Virus record (IMG/VR): IMGVR_UViG_3300035180_000859
Location: 1-54,931 of that record
Reading direction: 5' to 3' (one strand)
DNA length: 54,931 nucleotides
Source of the DNA: a virus
Taxonomy: Duplodnaviria > Caudoviricetes
In this document: in pieces, positions 17,846 to 26,898 of the stretch
Layout of the letters: every line of letters begins with the position of its first letter
Numbering within the stretch: position 1 is the first letter of the stretch
Program-made: the position numbers and the translations under genes
The notes under the pieces: generated by a model
What the model was told of the DNA's origin: nothing
What the model saw: the letters and a program-made list of their open reading frames with translations, nothing else
The model's database searches: none

Positions 17846-18069
17846 GCATCAATGTCGCATTTGTGTATGTCGACAGCACCAAAAGATATTTTGCCTATGT
17901 GGAAGGCGCCTGTGTTGGGCAAGTAGCGCGCAGAGTTTACAGCAACTGGGCATTTTTCCCTGACCCAAGCGCAGAGAACATCTTCCCGCCGTCCCAGGTA
18001 GCCGAAATTCACCTATCTTGCATTGCCCGTGCCGCCCTGCTCAACCTAACCGCGAGAATGCTGAAGTGA
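17842..18069 (+). CDS. Hypothetical protein ending ...LLNLTARMLK
   Basis: GAGG RBS; ATGA coupling. Confidence 0.7.
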   Translation: MSINVAFVYVDSTKRYFAYVEGACVGQVARRVYSNWAFFPDPSAENIFPPSQVAEIHLSCIARAALLNLTARMLK

Positions 18070-18731
18070 CCGAAGTTGAAGAGAAAACCGAATTCAAGTT
18101 CTCTGAGCTCAGCGCTAGCGCTAAAAAGGCTGCTCGTGACAAGTACCGTAGTGACGATCACCTAGGGTACGACTGGTGGGGCTACATCTACAAAGATGCG
18201 GTGCGCATGGGGGGAATGCTCGGCATTGAGATCAGCAAGACGTGGCACGCGCCCAACGACCCAAACCGCAAGGGTTACGAGACCATCGACATCTCCTTTT
18301 CTGGTTTCTGTAGTCAAGGTGATGGCGCCAGCTTTGAAGGGAATTACCGATATGCCCCAGAGGCCATCGCTAATGTCGTCTCAAAAACCACTGACGAAGA
18401 ACTGCTACGCATTGCCCAAGAGCTGACGCTGCTGCAGCTGACACGCCGGCTGCAAGGACTTGAATCATTCAGTGCGACGATCAGAACATCAGGAAACTAC
18501 AGTCACTCAGGAACGATGAACGTCGAAGTAAACTCTGAAGACGAGGATGACGAGCATATCAATGTGTCCGAAGACCTTGAAGACGATGTCACCCGGCTCA
18601 TGCGTAATTTTGCCGACTGGATATACAAATACCTTGAAGTCGAGTACGACTATCTGACGTCTGATAAGTATATCAATGAGCGCCTCAACGAGGGCGATGA
18701 CATGTTTGACGAAGATGGTGCAATAATCTAA
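18066..18731 (+). CDS. Acidic phage protein (FSELS...YDWW...FSGFCSQGDGASF type)
   Basis: Motif pattern common in phage and plasmid accessory proteins; GTGA coupling. Confidence 0.75.
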   Translation: MTEVEEKTEFKFSELSASAKKAARDKYRSDDHLGYDWWGYIYKDAVRMGGMLGIEISKTWHAPNDPNRKGYETIDISFSGFCSQGDGASFEGNYRYAPEAIANVVSKTTDEELLRIAQELTLLQLTRRLQGLESFSATIRTSGNYSHSGTMNVEVNSEDEDDEHINVSEDLEDDVTRLMRNFADWIYKYLEVEYDYLTSDKYINERLNEGDDMFDEDGAII

Positions 18732-18754
18732 GTTCTAAATACGAAAGCACTACG

Positions 18755-19462
18755 ATGGCAACTTCCTGGTCATTCAGCAAACTTGGTGATTTCACCAAGT
18801 GCAAAAAATATTTCTGGCTTAAACACGAGCAGAAAATTCCTGAGCCTGAGCGCCCCCTACCCAAAGGCAAAACAGAGCATGCCAACGATCGTGGTAGCCG
18901 CATCCATGACAATCTGGAGGGCTATGTTCGTGGCAACCACGACGATCTCTGCCCCGAAGCAGAGAAGTACTTTGGTGTTCACGCTGACTTTCTGCGCGTG
19001 ATGTTCGAAGAGGGCCTGGTCGAACTCGAGGGTGAGTGGGGCATGAACAAGGACTGGGAGATCGCTCCATGGGCCAATGCCTGGCTGCGCCTTAAGCTCG
19101 ACGTGCTGGTGCATGTGGGCACTGACGAGGCGATCGTAATCGACTACAAATCCGGTAAGAAGTGGGGCAATGAGGTTAAGCATGCCCAGCAGCTCCAGCT
19201 CTATGCCCTGGTCACCGCCCTACGCTACCCACATCTAGAGATGATTACCGCCGAGCTGTGGTACGTCGACATTGGCGAGACCACCAGCCAGACGTTCACA
19301 CGCGCCCAAGCGCTGCGTTTCAAGCGCGGGTTCGATGCCAACGGCACCGCGATCGTCAACTGCGTTGATTTTCCAAGCAACCCCAACAAGTGGAGTTGTC
19401 AATGGTGCATGTATGGGCCTCATCACTCTGGGCATTGCGCCGAAGGCGTAAGAAAAGCATAA
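18755..19462 (+). CDS. PD-(D/E)XK nuclease, Cas4/RecB-like
   Basis: WSFSKL...C...RGSRIH...KLDV...IDYKSGK...QLQLY...CQWC...C. Confidence 0.88.
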   Translation: MATSWSFSKLGDFTKCKKYFWLKHEQKIPEPERPLPKGKTEHANDRGSRIHDNLEGYVRGNHDDLCPEAEKYFGVHADFLRVMFEEGLVELEGEWGMNKDWEIAPWANAWLRLKLDVLVHVGTDEAIVIDYKSGKKWGNEVKHAQQLQLYALVTALRYPHLEMITAELWYVDIGETTSQTFTRAQALRFKRGFDANGTAIVNCVDFPSNPNKWSCQWCMYGPHHSGHCAEGVRKA

Positions 19463-19590
19463 ATGATCGTCACACGCAAAGGGTAGATAGCGTCGTTTCT
19501 GATCTGGCGGTGGGTGCGTCCTAAGCCGAATCAGCTGAGTAAAGTGGTCTTACCCGTCTCGCCCCACCTACTCGGACCTCCCCACCCTGC

Positions 19591-19627
19591 CCCGACCAGG
19601 TAACGCACAAGTCGGGATTTTTTTTTT
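19591..19627 (+). terminator. Terminator-like direct repeat, copy 1
   Basis: CCCGAC-CAGGTAACGCACAA-GTCGGG-A-T10. Confidence 0.65.
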
Positions 19628-19729
19628 GATGAGCAGGGTACGGCCGTCAGTCGGCATTCGCTATACGGGCTGTTTGATGCAGCTACGCAGCGTTAAGCGC
19701 AGGCATCTAGACATACCCTGCTCATCAAA
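19625..19729. ncRNA. Candidate structured element closed by a perfect 16-bp stem
   Basis: TTTGATGAGCAGGGTA (19625-19640) / TACCCTGCTCATCAAA (19714-19729). Confidence 0.45.
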
Positions 19730-19733
19730 GAAC

Positions 19734-19767
19734 CTCGACCAGATAACGCACAAGTCGGGATTTTTTT
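19734..19767 (+). terminator. Terminator-like direct repeat, copy 2
   Basis: CTCGAC-CAGATAACGCACAA-GTCGGG-A-T7. Confidence 0.6.
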
Positions 19768-19992
19768 ATGTCGACAACTCCGGAGGACTTGACTGAAATG
19801 GACACCGCCTTCCTTTGTGCGTCTTGCCGTAAATACAAGGCAAGTACAAGCCTCGCATCTATAAAGCTATTCAACAAGCTCGTTTGTCTCTCATGCCTCG
19901 ACAAGTACAACAGGCGTAGCACGCAAAAAAAGAAACGAACCACCGCCCGGTATACCGAAAGAGCCATAAACCATTTTGCGCATACACCATGA
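19768..19992 (+). CDS. Small zinc-finger protein
   Basis: CASC...CLSC with a basic tail; the true start may be a downstream Met after the GGAGG. Confidence 0.6.
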   Translation: MSTTPEDLTEMDTAFLCASCRKYKASTSLASIKLFNKLVCLSCLDKYNRRSTQKKKRTTARYTERAINHFAHTP

Positions 19993-21407
19993 CTAAACCC
20001 AAACCCTTCGCGCACCAAAAGCAATCCATCAAACACAATGACACTACTTCCATCGTCTTTGATACCAGCGACCCGGGCACGGGCAAAACTTATGTCCGCA
20101 TTGCCGCCTTCGCTAAGCGCCGCGCAAAAGGCGGCGGAGCTCTACTCGTTCTTGCCCCACGATCTCTCCTGCGCAGCGTCTGGGTCAATGACACCAAAAA
20201 GTTTGCCCCGCACCTCACAGTTTCTGTGGCCGATGCAGCTAACCGTGCCGAGGCTTTCGCTGCCGATGCAGACGTTTACGTCACCAACGTAGATGCCGCC
20301 AAGTTTCTCGCTGATCAGAAACCGGCGTTCTTCAAACGATTTTCAGAGCTGGTGATTGACGAATCAACTGCCTTTAAACACCACACCAGCCAACGCTCTA
20401 AAGCCATGGCCAAGATCGCTAAATACTTCGAGTACCGGTGCTGCATGACGGGCACACCAAACAGCAATTCCATTACTGATGTTTGGCACCAGGTCTACAT
20501 TCTTGATGCAGGCAAACGCTTGGGGTTTAGTTTTTACAAATTCCGTGATGCTGTCTGCACACCCAACCAAGTGGGCCGCATGGCGCAGGCCATCAAGTGG
20601 GTAGACAAGGAAGGTTCCGAAGAGGCGGTCTTTGGCCTGCTATCCGACATCGTGATTCGGCATAGGTTCGAAGACTGCGTGGACATCCCACCCAACCACC
20701 AGTACAGCGTCGACTACGATCTGACGCCCAAGCAGATGCGTGCTTACCTTGAAATGGAAGAAACGCAAATGCTGACCTTCAAGGGCAAAGCGCCCAGCAT
20801 GATGGCGGTCAACGCCGCGGCGGTCGCCACCAAGCTGCAGCAAATCGCCTCGGGTGCGGTCTATGACGGCACCGGCGGTTACAAGACGATTGACGTCAGT
20901 CGCTACGAAATGTGTCTGGACCTGGTAGAGCAGCGCCAACACAGCCTGGTGATCTTCCAGTGGAAGCACCAGCGCGACGCCCTGGTCGAGGAGGCTACCA
21001 AGCGCGGTCTGACCTTCGCAGTGTTGGATGGCAAAACCACGGACAGAGAGCGCGACGAAATTGTGCAACGCTTTCAGGCTGGTCAGTACCGGGTGATCTT
21101 CGGCCACCCAAAGACTGTAGCCCATGGATTCACATTGACCAGAGGTACCGCCACGATCTGGGCCTCGCCGACGTACGATTTGGAGTGGTTCAAGCAGGGC
21201 AGCAAACGCATGCACCGGCTTGGCCAGACCCAGAAGACTGAGACTATCATCATCGTGGCTAAAGGCACAATCGACGAAAAGGTGTACGCCATGATGACAG
21301 AAAAAGACGAACGGATGACGAACTTGTTATCGTTGTTCGAGACACTGACACCGGTGGCAGTATCTGCGAAGAAAGTAGCTAAACGCAAATTATTGGAGAC
21401 AGCATGA
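19989..21407 (+). CDS. SNF2-family helicase
   Basis: DPGTGKT, VIDES, MTGTP, HGFTL and RMHRLGQ motifs. Confidence 0.92.
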   Translation: MTKPKPFAHQKQSIKHNDTTSIVFDTSDPGTGKTYVRIAAFAKRRAKGGGALLVLAPRSLLRSVWVNDTKKFAPHLTVSVADAANRAEAFAADADVYVTNVDAAKFLADQKPAFFKRFSELVIDESTAFKHHTSQRSKAMAKIAKYFEYRCCMTGTPNSNSITDVWHQVYILDAGKRLGFSFYKFRDAVCTPNQVGRMAQAIKWVDKEGSEEAVFGLLSDIVIRHRFEDCVDIPPNHQYSVDYDLTPKQMRAYLEMEETQMLTFKGKAPSMMAVNAAAVATKLQQIASGAVYDGTGGYKTIDVSRYEMCLDLVEQRQHSLVIFQWKHQRDALVEEATKRGLTFAVLDGKTTDRERDEIVQRFQAGQYRVIFGHPKTVAHGFTLTRGTATIWASPTYDLEWFKQGSKRMHRLGQTQKTETIIIVAKGTIDEKVYAMMTEKDERMTNLLSLFETLTPVAVSAKKVAKRKLLETA

Positions 21408-21643
21408 CCCCTGAACTCATCAACCTCGCACGAGCCACCGTGATGACCAAGGCGGCTTTTTGGGACGCCCTACGCGCCCTTGAGACCGCTACGGCAAGTA
21501 ACCCCTACAACGATGGCGATTGGTCAGACCACATCAACGACAAGGTCATCCAGATGGTCAATTCCTTGGCCGCCTTTACTTCGGAGATTGAACCTATCGC
21601 CGACGAGGACTTGGTTGATCTCATCAGCCTCGCCCAATCATGA
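21404..21643 (+). CDS. Hypothetical protein
   Basis: GGAG RBS; ATGA-coupled on both sides. Confidence 0.7.
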   Translation: MTPELINLARATVMTKAAFWDALRALETATASNPYNDGDWSDHINDKVIQMVNSLAAFTSEIEPIADEDLVDLISLAQS

Positions 21644-23805
21644 CCTGGACTACCGCACTCCGCAAACAGAAGGCCGTGGCCACGTCGACCTTGGGCTTCA
21701 GTCGTCCAGCCATCCCGCAACATACACCTGACTGGGCGCGCCTGGTCAGCCTCGATTTCGAGACGTACTACGACGTCGACTACACACTCAGCAAGCTGAG
21801 TACCTCTGAGTACGTGCGTGACCCGCGCTTCAAGGCGCAGATGGTCGGCATTAAAGTCGGCAATGGCAAAACAAGGATCATCCCCCATGCAAAAATCAAG
21901 ACCGAGCTGGCTAAGATCAATTGGTCGACACACAGCCTACTGTGCCACAACACGCAGTTTGATGGTTTTGTGCTTTCCCATCATTATGGTATCCACCCTG
22001 CTTTTTTGTATGACTCTCTTAGCATGGCACGCGGTTTGCATAGCAACGACATTGGTGCTGGGCTTGATGAGGTGTCTGTTTATTACGGCGGTCACGGCAA
22101 GCTCGAAGGTCTGGAAGCGACTAAAGGGGTTCTGAATTGGGACAAGAAACTGTTTGCCGCCACCGCCATCTATTGCGCCAATGACGTTGACGAGATGCTG
22201 CGCGTCTTCAAGTTAATGCTGCCGCAAGTGCCCGACGATGAGATTCACCTCATCGACCTGACCTGCCGAATGTTCTGTGACCCTGTACTGAAAGTCGACA
22301 TTCCGCGTGTCGAAAAGGAGCTCGAGCGCGAGCTGGCCCGGCGCGAGGTATTGATGTACGAGGCAGTTGATCCGACCGAGCACGATCTGAACGGCAGCCT
22401 GTACGACAAAGCCGTGCATGCCAAGCTACTCAAGGGCCCAGAGAAATTGCTCGAGGGCGTGCCCCGTGACATGCAGATCATCAAGCGCATCATTGGCTCC
22501 AATGAGATGTTCGCTGCGCTGCTGCGCACCGAGGGTGTCGAACCACCGGTCAAAATCAGTGATGCCTGGATCAAAAAGAAGCCAGAAGAACGCGATAAGG
22601 CAGTCGAACTACTGGCTGAAAAAAAGGGTATCAGCCTAAAGGATGCAGAGTACGAAATCAAGTGGACCTATGCGTTCGCTAAAGATGACGTGGCCTTCAC
22701 CGAGCTGCCCAATCAGGTCGACAACTGGGGGTTTGATTTGAATCTTCACAGCGACGTGGCCCTGATGGTCGCCAAGCAAGAGCGCCTACAGGCTCTGGTC
22801 GATGTGCGAATCGCAGTCAAGTCCACAACGAACATCACCCGGGCTGAGCGCTTCTTGACAGCAGGGGCTAATGGCATGAGCCTGCCAATAGGCTACGCCT
22901 ATTACCGCGCGCACACCGGGCGCTGGGGTGGGCAGAACAAGATGAATATGCAGAACTTGACCCGAGGTGGCGAGTTACGTTTATCAATTTTGGCTGCCAA
23001 AGGACACCAGATCGCGGTACAGGACAGTGGCCAAATCGAATGTCGTGTGAATGGCTGGCTCTGGGGCCAAGACGATTTGATGGATGCGTTCAGAGACGCT
23101 GACCGTGGTATTGGGCGTGATGCCTACTGCAACTTTGCTGATCACATCTACGGCCGTGAGATCACCAAGGCTGACAAGGTGGAGCGCTTCGTCGGTAAGG
23201 TATGCGTTCTGGGCCTCGGGTTTCAGATGGGCGCACCCAAGTTACAGACCACCTTTGCCAAAGGCGCCTTGGGTGGCCCGCCGGTGTACTTCGAGCTCGA
23301 CAAATGCAAGATGATTGTCAACACCTACCGCAACAAGAACTACAAAATTCAAGCTGGCTGGAAAATCTGCGAGCGCATCATTGAAGACATGGCTGCTGGG
23401 CGTACTGGTGGCTACGGCCCACTGAACTGGGAAGCGAACACTATCTGGCTACCCAACGGCATGGCCTTGAAGTATCCCGACTTGCGCAAAGCAACTGGCG
23501 AGAAGGGTTGGGATGAGTGGAGCTACCAGGGCGGCAAAATGCGCAAGAAGATTTATGGCGGCCTACTCTGCGAAAACATCGTCCAGGCCCTGGCACGAAT
23601 TATTGTGGCCTGGCAGATGCTCCAAATCAGCCGTAAATACCGCGTCGTCATGACCACGCACGACGAGGTGGTAGCCATGCCAAAGACAGCCCAGGCAAAA
23701 GCCTGTCTAGCATTTATGGCTAAATGGATGAGCACCGCGCCAGCATGGTGCTCAGACATCCCTCTAAACTGTGAAGGAGGATTCGATGTCAATTACAGTA
23801 AGTAA
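21640..23805 (+). CDS. DNA polymerase family A with 3'-5' exonuclease
   Basis: Exo motifs DFETY, HNTQFD and YCAND; HTGRW; motif A DSGQIECR; motif B RFVGKVCVLGLGF; ENIVQ; motif C THDE. Confidence 0.93.
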   Translation: MTWTTALRKQKAVATSTLGFSRPAIPQHTPDWARLVSLDFETYYDVDYTLSKLSTSEYVRDPRFKAQMVGIKVGNGKTRIIPHAKIKTELAKINWSTHSLLCHNTQFDGFVLSHHYGIHPAFLYDSLSMARGLHSNDIGAGLDEVSVYYGGHGKLEGLEATKGVLNWDKKLFAATAIYCANDVDEMLRVFKLMLPQVPDDEIHLIDLTCRMFCDPVLKVDIPRVEKELERELARREVLMYEAVDPTEHDLNGSLYDKAVHAKLLKGPEKLLEGVPRDMQIIKRIIGSNEMFAALLRTEGVEPPVKISDAWIKKKPEERDKAVELLAEKKGISLKDAEYEIKWTYAFAKDDVAFTELPNQVDNWGFDLNLHSDVALMVAKQERLQALVDVRIAVKSTTNITRAERFLTAGANGMSLPIGYAYYRAHTGRWGGQNKMNMQNLTRGGELRLSILAAKGHQIAVQDSGQIECRVNGWLWGQDDLMDAFRDADRGIGRDAYCNFADHIYGREITKADKVERFVGKVCVLGLGFQMGAPKLQTTFAKGALGGPPVYFELDKCKMIVNTYRNKNYKIQAGWKICERIIEDMAAGRTGGYGPLNWEANTIWLPNGMALKYPDLRKATGEKGWDEWSYQGGKMRKKIYGGLLCENIVQALARIIVAWQMLQISRKYRVVMTTHDEVVAMPKTAQAKACLAFMAKWMSTAPAWCSDIPLNCEGGFDVNYSK

Positions 23806-24046
23806 GCCCACTGGGCGTTCACCCGCTCTCGGGGTCATCGATGAATGGATAACAGGCAAAGACTGTATGTTCAACACTTACCCCTCCTACGGTGATTATG
23901 AGATAGTCAAGCTTGGCCGCAAAGAATACGGTTTTCGGCCATGCAACAAACAGCTGGGTGGCGTCGTCGTCAGCTACAAATGCAGCCACCTCGAAGCCCA
24001 GCGCCGATTCAAGCTGATGCTGGTCACCAGAAGGCTGATGAAGTAA
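23786..24046 (+). CDS. Hypothetical protein ending ...LMLVTRRLMK
   Basis: AAGGAGG RBS inside the 3' end of the polymerase gene. Confidence 0.7.
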   Translation: MSITVSKPTGRSPALGVIDEWITGKDCMFNTYPSYGDYEIVKLGRKEYGFRPCNKQLGGVVVSYKCSHLEAQRRFKLMLVTRRLMK

Positions 24047-24047
24047 A

Positions 24048-24110
24048 GGGGTCCGGCGACGACGGCAAAAGCGAGTTGAGCGTCCTTGCTCATTTCGTCT
24101 GCCGGGCCCC
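24048..24110. other. Branched intergenic stem-loop
   Basis: GGGGTCCGGC/GCCGGGCCCC, GACGA/TCGTC and inner TGAGC/GCTCA stems. Confidence 0.55.
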
Positions 24111-24154
24111 GCCCTGTGTCCAATTTGCCCACAAAGTGTGTGCAAATGTCAAAC

Positions 24155-24168
24155 ATCTAAGTTAGAAT
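24155..24168 (+). promoter_or_regulatory. Putative promoter (ATCTAAGTTAGAAT)
   Basis: Matches 13 of 14 bases of the minus-strand motif at 48771-48784. Confidence 0.55.
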
Positions 24169-24191
24169 TCACCTACCCCAAAGGAGCCAAC

Positions 24192-24641
24192 ATGACAGAA
24201 GCCCTCGAGAAACCCGCCCGTACCAAAGCTGCCAAAGCTGCAGTCATCGCCAAAGTTACCGCCCGCCTGGACCCTCCGTCCCTTGGTGCTATGACCGACA
24301 AAATGTGGGCCTTGCGTGAGCAGAAGCGTGGCCTAGACGCCCAAGTCAAGGCCGTCGAGGTCAGCATCAAGGAGCTTGAAGGTACCTTGTTTACGTTGCT
24401 CGACGCCCAGGATACCCGCAAGGCTGAGGGTAAGAAAGCCTCGGTCTCGATTGGCGAATCAGTAGTTGGCGCTGTTGAAAACTGGGATGCCACCTGGGCC
24501 TACATCGCCAAAAACAAATTCTTTCACCTAGTCCAGAAGCGTCTGAGCGACCCCGCTCTACGCGAACTGTGGGCGCTCGGCAAAGTCGTGCCAGGCGTTC
24601 AACCCTTCACAAAACGCACTCTCTCTGTTCGTTCACTTTAA
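24192..24641 (+). CDS. Phage replication-module coiled-coil protein
   Basis: AAGGAG RBS; VENWDATWAYI...LVQKRLS...VPGV. Confidence 0.8.
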   Translation: MTEALEKPARTKAAKAAVIAKVTARLDPPSLGAMTDKMWALREQKRGLDAQVKAVEVSIKELEGTLFTLLDAQDTRKAEGKKASVSIGESVVGAVENWDATWAYIAKNKFFHLVQKRLSDPALRELWALGKVVPGVQPFTKRTLSVRSL

Positions 24642-24667
24642 CGTCTAACATCTAAGAAAGACAAACC

Positions 24668-25423
24668 ATGGCTACTAAAAAACCTGTTACCTCCACCGCT
24701 GTTGCCGTCAAGAAGCCTAGTTCAGCCAACATCGTTTCAATCAAGGAAGCGCTGCAAGCTCAAGCAGCCGGAATGTCCGAGCGCGTGGCACCTGCTGGTG
24801 GCTCTGCCATTCGTGTCACTCAGGATAAACAGTTCCTGTTACCCGATGGCACCAAGACTCCAGGCCCTCTGGAACTGGTAATCGTGGACTTTACATCGAA
24901 GAACTCGTTCTACGAAGGCGCGTATGACCCTAAGAGCATCGTGCCTCCGGCTTGCTTCGCTATTGGCCAGAATCCGCTCAAGCTGGTGCCCTCAGCCAAC
25001 AGCCCACTGATTCAGTCAACTGAATGCAACGCCTGCCCGAATAATCAGTTTGGCTCCAATGGCAATGGCAAGGCTTGCAAGAACAGCCGCGTGCTGGCTG
25101 TGTTACCGCCTGATGCTGACGAGAACACCCCGTTGTGGACTTTGTCTACCAGCGCTACGGCCAACAAGGGTTTTGACGGTTTCGTATCCAGTGTGGCTCG
25201 CGTCTTTCAGATGCCACCAATTGGTGTGGTTGCCACAGTATCGTTCGATCCGAATGAAACCTATGCCAAGTTAGTGTTCTCTGATCCCCAGCCCAACCCC
25301 AACATTGGCGTTCACTTCGCCCGTCAGGAAGAAGCCAAGGCAATGTTGACTGTTGAACCCGATGTCAGCCAGTTCGTCAAAGCTGCGCCTGTCGGTCGTG
25401 GCAAGGCGCCGGCTCGCCGATAG
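24668..25423 (+). CDS. Putative ssDNA-binding or annealing protein with Cys cluster
   Basis: PPACFA...CNACPNNQFGS...GKACKN; located in the replication module. Function inferred. Confidence 0.6.
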   Translation: MATKKPVTSTAVAVKKPSSANIVSIKEALQAQAAGMSERVAPAGGSAIRVTQDKQFLLPDGTKTPGPLELVIVDFTSKNSFYEGAYDPKSIVPPACFAIGQNPLKLVPSANSPLIQSTECNACPNNQFGSNGNGKACKNSRVLAVLPPDADENTPLWTLSTSATANKGFDGFVSSVARVFQMPPIGVVATVSFDPNETYAKLVFSDPQPNPNIGVHFARQEEAKAMLTVEPDVSQFVKAAPVGRGKAPARR

Positions 25424-25430
25424 TTTGCAA

Positions 25431-25450
25431 TATCCCCCATTTGGGGGATA
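25431..25450. other. Intergenic hairpin
   Basis: TATCCCCC-ATTT-GGGGGATA after the stop codon. Confidence 0.5.
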
Positions 25451-25475
25451 GTTGAATATCTAAACACTATCTATC

Positions 25476-25685
25476 ATGCCCATCCGCAAATGGTTCATAA
25501 GCGAAGCGCTGGTTTCCTACCGGAGGCTTCTCACCGTTGTTGATGAGCTGACGGAAGAAGAAGTAGCCGCCTGTCTCGATCTCGAAGCAGGCACTCAACG
25601 CCGTCAGTCGATTACTGACAAACTCATCAAACGAGCAATCACGCTCTTCACAAACCGCCTACTGGAGAAATATCACCATGGCTAA
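25476..25685 (+). CDS. Hypothetical protein
   Basis: Fills the gap between genes; overlaps the next start. Confidence 0.65.
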   Translation: MPIRKWFISEALVSYRRLLTVVDELTEEEVAACLDLEAGTQRRQSITDKLIKRAITLFTNRLLEKYHHG

Positions 25686-26073
25686 AGCACCTAAAACCAT
25701 CTCTGCTGCTGACAAAAAAGTTCAGCTTGCCAACCTCAAGGCTTTGCTCAAAGGCCAGGCTGTTGCAGCTAAGGCTGCCACTGCAGACCAAAAAGCGGCT
25801 GCTGCCGCCTTGGCGCTCGCCAAGAAAGCTGCAGACGCTGAAGTAAAAGAAGCTATGAAAGCAGCTGACGTGAAGCGCAAGGCTGCAGATGCTGCCATTG
25901 CTATGGCCCAAAAGGACTACGCAACAGCCGTGCTCAAAGCGGAAAAATCTGCCACTGCTATCGCCAAGGGGACTGAAAAGTTGACCACCCAGATGGCTGC
26001 TTTGGAGGCTATGCCTGTTGCTGCCCCGATCAAAGCTGTCAAAGCCCCAAAACCTGAACTCGAGGCTGCGTAA
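25678..26073 (+). CDS. Ala/Lys-rich protein (histone-like composition)
   Basis: GGAG RBS; very high A and K content. Confidence 0.75.
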   Translation: MAKAPKTISAADKKVQLANLKALLKGQAVAAKAATADQKAAAAALALAKKAADAEVKEAMKAADVKRKAADAAIAMAQKDYATAVLKAEKSATAIAKGTEKLTTQMAALEAMPVAAPIKAVKAPKPELEAA

Positions 26074-26127
26074 GCCAGTTGCCCTGTCCTTTTGGGTAGG
26101 GCACATAAACCTAACGGCGAGAAACCT

Positions 26128-26682
26128 ATGAAGCATGTGATGATCGACACAGAGACCTTGGCCACGACTGCTGATGCTTGCATCCTGAGTATTGGGGCAG
26201 TTAAGTTTGATCTTGACTCCGAAGCCGTGGACGACAACGGCTTCTACGCCAGTATCTCGGTGGACTCGAACCTCGAGTTAAAGCGGCGCATCAGCGAGGA
26301 CACCCTCATCTGGTGGATGGCGCAGGGGCCTGCCGCGCAGGGTGTATTTCATGAGTCGAAGCAGACCCTGCGGACTGTACTCGAAGAGTTTGCTGACTGG
26401 TTGGCAGCCTCGGACATCCACGTGTGGAGTAATGGGGCTGACTTCGACTTGCCTATACTGGCTCACGCGTTTGTTCAGTGCGGTATGGATGTGCCTTGGA
26501 AGTTTTGGAATAGCCACTGTTTCAGGACCTACAAGAACCTGCCCGGCGCCAAAGCTATTCGCTCACCGGTAACCGGTGTCAAGCATAATGCCTTGTCAGA
26601 TGCCCACCAGCAGGTGGTCACCTTGCAGGCAATCCATAAGGCATTGTTCGTAGGCAAGCCCCACGCGATGGTGAAAACATGA
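26128..26682 (+). CDS. DEDD 3'-5' exonuclease (DUF5051-like)
   Basis: MIDTETL...IGAV...WSNGADFD...HNALSDA. Confidence 0.85.
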   Translation: MKHVMIDTETLATTADACILSIGAVKFDLDSEAVDDNGFYASISVDSNLELKRRISEDTLIWWMAQGPAAQGVFHESKQTLRTVLEEFADWLAASDIHVWSNGADFDLPILAHAFVQCGMDVPWKFWNSHCFRTYKNLPGAKAIRSPVTGVKHNALSDAHQQVVTLQAIHKALFVGKPHAMVKT

Positions 26683-26898
26683 AGCCGGCCCAGGCCGACG
26701 ACAACCGCCGCAAACGCCGAGCCCTGGTAAAGGCGCTTGGCAAACGACAGTTCAAAAAACTTTACAGAAAGGCTCAAGTATGAGCGACTACGATGAAAAA
26801 CTATTCGCATTGGTTCTGGCAGCTGTGGCCTCCGGCCTAGCATCCCCCGAAGCAATCACCAAGGCTACCCGGCTTATGGAACTCTTAGGACACAAAAA

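Noticed and set aside
19641-19713. tRNA inside the 16-bp stem
   Set aside because: The length fits, but I found no convincing acceptor stem, T-loop (GTTC) or CCA end.
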